Shown here: positions 57,764 through 64,000 of the stretch, piece after piece
Numbering within the stretch: position 1 is the first letter of the stretch
Layout of the letters: every line of letters begins with the position of its first letter
Assembly: GCA_051362555.1 (NCBI GenBank)
Contig: CM120647.1
Location: 17,708,651-17,772,650, forward strand
Direction of reading: 5' to 3'
DNA length: 64,000 nt
Origin: Lingula anatina
Taxonomy: Eukaryota > Animalia > Brachiopoda
Notes under the pieces: model-generated
The model's input: only the letters and a program-made list of their open reading frames with translations
The model's database searches: none
Told to the model about the DNA's origin: nothing
Made by a program: the position numbers and the translations under genes

Positions 57764-60237
57764 TTCCATGCTTGTGCCTGGGTTGATACCTTGCACTCAC
57801 AGAAGCTGAACCAAGGCCAAGATGCCAGCTTATCTTGGAGAGCATTCTTCCCACTCTTCCTTCACTTAACCTTTAAAGAGAACAGTTAATTTGGGGGAGG
57901 TGCAGGAAGGGTCCTGCCTTCCTCTGAGTGGAGGGAGAAATATGGTGATAGATTGTTTCTGTGGCAGACCGCCGCCTGGTTTTAATATTTACTGCTTGTT
58001 ACTGAAATAGATGGTTATAAGTTTAAATATGATTGTTAGAAAAGATATAAAAACAATTAGAGCAATAAACAAAATATTAAGAGTTGAAGATGATGTTCAG
58101 TATTATAAGCTATACTGAAAAGATATTGGTATATTTATCATTTAATATTCCGTCACTGTTAGCCAGGGGGTTAACAAATACTGATAGTTATTACTGGTAA
58201 GTATACGAGTTACATTGAAACATTTAAAATTGAGGTGCATTATAACATTATGTAATAATATTAGTAAATTTTCTCAATTGAGAGCAGTGCATACCCACTC
58301 CCTAAATATAATTAAGTTTTATTAGTGGTTATCTTTGTTTGGGGAAACACCGACTTTTTGTTCCTTTTTACATGGATGTTTTATTTTTTTCCTACATAAT
58401 TTGATTATTATAAAGGTTGCAGGTTCATGGGAAAAAGAGAGGAAAGTTGTCAAACGGGTTTAAGTATTTCTGATATAATAAGTGCCCCCAAAAGCTTTGA
58501 TATTGAAGGCAATTTATAAGCGATTCCCAGCCAGCAACCTGTTGGGGATTGTTATATTTTTCATGTGCTCAGGGTTAAAAAAGGGAGTACGAATAGCTCT
58601 TTTTGCTTTCAGAAAGTTAAAGATATAAGTAGATTACCAACAAGTTTCATTCAGGTTGAATTAATCAAAATTAGAATCTTCTGCCAGTGTTATCGAATTC
58701 CTGGAACCCAGGCAGAAAGTCATGATGGGAAGATTCCTCCCGTGCCTTTGAACTCGACTTAAATGTTTTTCTTCGTGATGTGAGACACGAGTTACTTATT
58801 TGGATTGGCAAACTTGGGTAATTTTTTTTTTCTGCTTGATTCAGGTGGGAGTAGTATCCTCTGACTCTGAATTCACAGAGACTGGGATGTGGGCTATCTT
58901 GGTAATCTCTAACCCAGTAACTTTTGGATAATATTGAAAGTCCAATGCAGCCCTACATGTGCTGCTGATATGCTGCTTCAGTTGCGGCTGTGGTACTAGT
59001 TCGTAGTAGGAGCACTAAGAAGACAAACAGTAAAATTTCACAGCTACAGTTGGTCTTATTTGAGCAGTCTGTGCCACCTGTGGCAATAGTCCACCTAAGG
59101 AAGCACCAGGCTAGTAAATAAGTTAATATTGCATTAACCCACTTTTAACCTGAAGGGTTAGTAGCCTAAAGCATTTTTGGCACAAACTGGATGTATCCAT
59201 ATAGCAGCCTACCTGGCAAGCATCCTAAACTCCTGGAACTTTAAAAAATATCCCGAAGAAGGAAAAGATGTGTCTCATTTATGTTCTTGCCAGAACAGTA
59301 ATTTATTAGTGGTGGTTGAATAGTATGCTAGTACTTACCAGTCTTACCTATATAGAAAGCCTCCCAAGATGTGTGTACGCATTAATGTTGAAATGGGCAT
59401 TATAATGATGAGTTGGCCGTAGACTTAATGACAGTTTTATTACTACGTACGTGTCATAGTAGAATCGATACGGGAATGTGTTCACTCAGTTTTCATAAAA
59501 CTTGTTTTAAGTCATAACCTCAGGAGGAAGACGCCTTAATAGCATCCCCTCTCCCACTCCATCTCGCCTAATGCTGTATCCTCTAAAACTCCTTAATCGA
59601 GTAGCCTGAATACAAAGGAATTGCCGAGAATGTATTGCAATTGAGTTTCCGCCTCTGAGTATCAAGACTGAAAGAAATAGATGGTTAGATCTAACCTAGC
59701 CCGGCTGTAGTCCAAGGCTCAACACTGTCATTACATTGTTTCCTAGAAAACTACCGTCTCCATGGGAACTGCTGATAAAGCCCATTAAGATGTTACACCG
59801 AGAGATTTGATAACTGAATAAAGCATGAGAAATGTTCATCATATCTAAGCAATTACCAGGAGAAAAAAACTTGCTAGGGCTTATAAATAAGTCTACAAGA
59901 CAAGTGGTCTGCAGAGATAAGTGTCCTGGTGATGGCCCTTGAGTGTGAAACAGATACTGTTTGGTAATTGCTCTCTAAATTCAAACAAAACTGGGGAAAT
60001 TCGTGTGTTTGTGTGTGTGTGTGTGTGAGCGTGTAAGAGTGGGAGGATTGTGAAAGTGTGGACAAGAAAATATGTGAAGTTTTGTCAAATGAAAAATCTC
60101 GCATGATGACTGTTAAGAAAAAGATTTGTGATTTTATCGGCTGATTCTGTTCTCTGATATAATGTATGTTTTCTTTCTTGCTTTTATATAATTGCTTTAA
60201 TTTGATGTATTTATTTATTTATTTTTATTTTCAACAG

Positions 60238-60342
60238 AGTAAAGATGACACATGGAAGAGAACCAACACAATGTCCATGGAGAAGTCAGAGAAACACGAC
60301 CCGTACAAAGAGGAAGAGATTTACATTGACGGGATGCAGCAG
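60238..60342 (+). CDS. Probable exon 2 of the plus-strand gene (SKDDTWKRTNTMSMEKSEKHDPYKEEEIYIDGMQQ), syndecan-like
   Basis: Long T-rich tract + CAACAG acceptor, CAG|GTGGGT donor, 105 nt, phase 0-0 matching exon 1. EIYID resembles the N-terminal EIYIDD motif I recall from invertebrate syndecan (not database-checked). Confidence 0.6.
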
Positions 60343-63300
60343 GTGGGTTGGAGAGTATAGTCACATGGTTGGAGAGTGTTGTCATGTGATTGGAGAGTAA
60401 AGTCACATGTTCGGAGAGATAGGATAATATGTTTTGGGATTCTAACCTGCTTGAAAGTTGATGTTTGTTAGGTAGTAACATTATGTGGTACTCTGTAAAT
60501 TTTACTTTGTGCCAACTATATCTCAAGCAGTGGAGGTGCTCGTGCATCTACTGGCCTTCCTGTTTACTCTTGTACTGTCAGTTTTACACAAGTGCCAAAC
60601 ATTTCCAGATTTGGCTACAAAAATGCAGAATGCTGAAAGATTGTTTCGGTCAAATTTATCTTTGGTTTTATTTCACTTTACCGTTTGGTTAAATTCATCA
60701 AGCCATTCGATGGAATTATATGTCGTCAGACTTGTTGGTAGGAGGCCAGAGAGAGATTTCCCAAACTCTCGATTCAACAGAACAAATGCATTAAAATGTT
60801 GGCACACACTGCTGTGCCCCCTTTTTTCTTTCTTTTTTTTCCCCTTTTTTTCCTCATTTTTGGTAAATGAGCTCAGCCTCTAGTGTACAGCAGATGAAGC
60901 CCACACATAACAAGACTGATGACGTGTGACGTTCATCGTCATCATAACTCAATTGCAGTCTATGAGCTGAATACAAATGATATGACTCTAATGTTTTATT
61001 GGAGCTCAATTATTTGACACCAGCAGAAAAAAAAGAGTGATCATTCCGCCCAAGGAGTTAATCATTCCGCCCAAGGTGACTGACAGAAAGCTACAGTTTC
61101 TGTTCAGCATCCAGTCTGGTAAACCCAACAGCATTGAAAGAGAAATACCTGGTTTTCTAACAGGTAAAAAAAGTAAGTTCAGTCAATATAAAGCAGACCT
61201 ACTGAGCTACACAGGTACATGCGGTTCAAAGTGACAGCATTCTCTTGATTAAAAAAATACAAAAAGCAAAGAAAATGATGAATAGTATTTCACAAAATGT
61301 GATGGATTATTTTTTGGCAATGCATGAGTAAAGTAAAGCAGCTCAGAAATATGGTTCAGACCCAAAAATAGTCTTTTTTAGAAGCTGTTTTTTTTTTTTT
61401 TTTTTTCTTCTCCTGGGTGTTTGGAGGGTTCCATTTGCTATTATAAAGCTATAACTCTAATTTGCTGCTGATCGATGGGACATTTAAGGAAATGTTTGAA
61501 TGCCTGGGGTGACGCTGCAAGAGACTAGAGGATCATAAATGAAATTGAGCAGAGATGGGGCTGAATATTATGGCAGCCTTTTTTGTTATCAAAAAAAAAA
61601 AAAATGCCCTGAATAGAAAACTAGGCTTGCTGTCTTCGTGTGCTTGAATCAAAAGGCTTGGTGCAAGTTCTCAATATAAGAAATTCATATAAATGCTTGG
61701 ATATTTTTACATTTAAACAAAACTGCGACTTGTCAGAAACATGTTGGGAAATAGTTTCTTTAGATAAGACATTTTACCCTAAATGAAAAACTGACGCTGG
61801 TCTGTCTATAGGGGTTATAAAAACTGTTATACATTCAAGCAAAGTTTGATGACATTAATTATATATATATTTACATATATATAAATTTTTTTATCTCAGA
61901 ATTTATTGGGATTTTTAGGTTTTTGCTCTTTTACATATGTATATCAAAACTAGACTTTTATGTGTATTTGCTTTACTATTTTGCTGTTAAATAAATAAAG
62001 AATGCACATTGTATGTAAGAAGTAAAATTCAAGAAGAATAAGTTAATATATTTTGGCGAATAATTTTCCAAGGTGGGGCAATTAAACTGCAATAAATACC
62101 ATATTCTGTACAGTGTTTGACATCAAAAAAAAAAAAAAAAAACTTCCTTCTGTGAAAGCAAATGTTCTGTGGGTTAAGCTGTCAAAGTGTTATGGGAAGT
62201 ATAAACTTAGCTGCCAAGAACCTGCAGTTTTTTCAAGAACCATACAGCCTCATTAGCGGCTGATTTATGGCAGACTTTGCTGGCAACAGGACGTATGATT
62301 GGCAAGATATTAACCAATTAGGTGTTTGGAAAGCATAATCTGCTCCATCACTCTTCCTGACTGACCTTTTTTGTTAGGGATTTCTGGATGTTTCAGAATG
62401 AAGATTTTCTGTCAAAAGAGAGGGGGGGGGGGGAAGACTTCATTTTGATTGATGGATCAGGTGCGAGTGGGGGAGGGGCTGTAAGATGTTATCTCTCAGC
62501 TCCTAGGCAGGACATCAGACAGAAGACGGACTCCTTGGCCCTCAATTGCACTGATAAAATATAAAAAGCATAAAATTGCTCATTATAGAAACTGAAACAA
62601 CAGTCAAGTTTTTCTTTCCCTTATTCCTCATGAGCTATGTAATATTGCTTCAGGCAGCTGCCAAACGACAGTTAATTGCTCCTTTATATAGACCCATTTA
62701 ACATATACTTTTCCCCCCTGGCTGTCATATTAATATTAAGAAGTACAGTAACCAAGTGTCAACATTGAATGACATATGATATTCTACAGAGCTTTGGCTT
62801 TGACATATAGCTGGAGAGAGAGAGAGACCATAGCCAGTGGGTAGTGATAACTGATCACCTGTCATTGAACCTTGACTGCTCCATAAGGGAGCATTCCCAG
62901 TGAAACTGACAACCTAGTCAGATCGATCCAACTCCGTAGGGACTCTCACTAAACACAAAGAGATTTACTGAGTGACAATCCTCCTCTAGCAGCTAGGAGG
63001 TGATTATATCTCGTGTACTCTCGAGTCGGATCAATCTGTCTAATACAGAAGTTTCATCCTGAATACAGCCTAAGGCACGGCCATGTGACATGGTCAACTC
63101 CTGTTTTGACATATGGCTTGAGACATACAATGATAGCCAGTGGGCAGTTCTAACTGGGCACCTGTCTCTAGACATATCACTGCCCCCCAAGGCACAGTCA
63201 TATGAAGAGGAATAGTATGGGCAATACAAGTATCTATTTGTCTACTGTCATGATGAACTGGATTGGTGCAACTTACTGGGCTGAACTACTGCCTGTAATG

Positions 63301-63350
63301 GCTGATGTGAAGTTTGTGTGTAGAATATGGGTCTGAGACATGTTAATGTG

Positions 63351-63525
63351 ACTGGGGTAGCGCTAACACTCGCCAATTTAGCCAAATGCTAAAACTGACT
63401 TAAATTGGCTATAGAAAAAGGGCCTGATTTGACTTGTTTTAGTCAAATTATAACAATTTTGATAACAAATTGACAAAAAAGTGGTGATTTGGCTAAGCCA
63501 AAAAAATTGCTAGCACTACCCCAGT
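63351..63525. mobile_element. Short MITE-like element
   Basis: Inverted ends ACTGGGGTAGCGCTAACA / TGCTAGCACTACCCCAGT; internal TTTAGCCAA/TTGGCTA motifs; no clear TSD. Confidence 0.55.
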
Positions 63526-63795
63526 GTGATGTATGTGTCTCATTTGGAGAAAACTTGTTGATGATGATATGTGAATAAATAAAATGTGTTTGTCTCCTTT
63601 GGATAGTACTTACTGATGATGAACTGTAAATAGAAATAAGTGGTCAGTATGTTTGGTTAAAGCTGGTAAAAGGAAACTGGTTAAAAGAGAAATGCAGTAA
63701 GGAGGAGAAAATTTTATGGTAAATTCACTACTGAATGGTATCAGTATAATTTGGTTAAAACAATGTACATAAACACATAAAAGCATATGCACGTG

Positions 63796-63809
63796 CACAC
63801 ACACACACA

Positions 63810-63853
<44 letters not shown>
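63796..63853. repeat. (AC)n microsatellite
   Basis: Direct reading. Confidence 0.95.
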
Positions 63854-63858
<5 letters not shown>

Positions 63859-64000
63859 CGAGTTGTGTCTTAAAGCCATTTTTTTTAAATGAGACCAGAC
63901 GAGTTAAGTGTATACAGGGAGTAGTAGTAGTATATATAAATTGTACCTGGAGGGTCTACACCTGGTACAGTACACAACAGGCCACCTGGTGCTGCTGGGG

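Noticed and set aside
41800-60200. Numerous 60-150 aa ORFs in the large intron, including the HTHT/CVCV ORFs
   Set aside because: Low-complexity or microsatellite-derived, with no family motifs or consistent exon structure.

Overview
This is AT-rich animal (invertebrate-like) genomic DNA with spliceosomal GT-AG introns, microsatellites and many MITEs; most ORF-track entries are spurious or exon fragments. The main feature is a minus-strand, peroxisome-targeted (C-terminal AKL) 4-coumarate-CoA-ligase/firefly-luciferase-like acyl-CoA synthetase gene (ATG at 40179) with a modular architecture. Constant exons 1-4 are followed by three intact, frame-exclusive 181-nt versions of exon 5 (substrate-pocket segment) and then two complete, intact copies of exons 6-11, each ending in AKL*. 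This gives potentially 3x2 isoforms of about 541-542 aa. The exon-5 copies duplicated with the second block have decayed, while exons 6b-11b are conserved. Also present: an ~11.8-kb tandem array (~8.6 x ~1.39 kb) whose unit carries two Pol III A/B-box tRNA-like elements, with a diverged inverted copy beside it; a degenerate Tc1 (DD34E) transposon with TIRs and TA TSD; Kolobok-, Harbinger- and Helentron-like non-autonomous elements; the first two coding exons of a head-to-head plus-strand secreted/membrane protein gene (probably syndecan); and a first coding exon of an unidentified minus-strand gene near 6.1 kb. All coordinates and alignments were read by hand.
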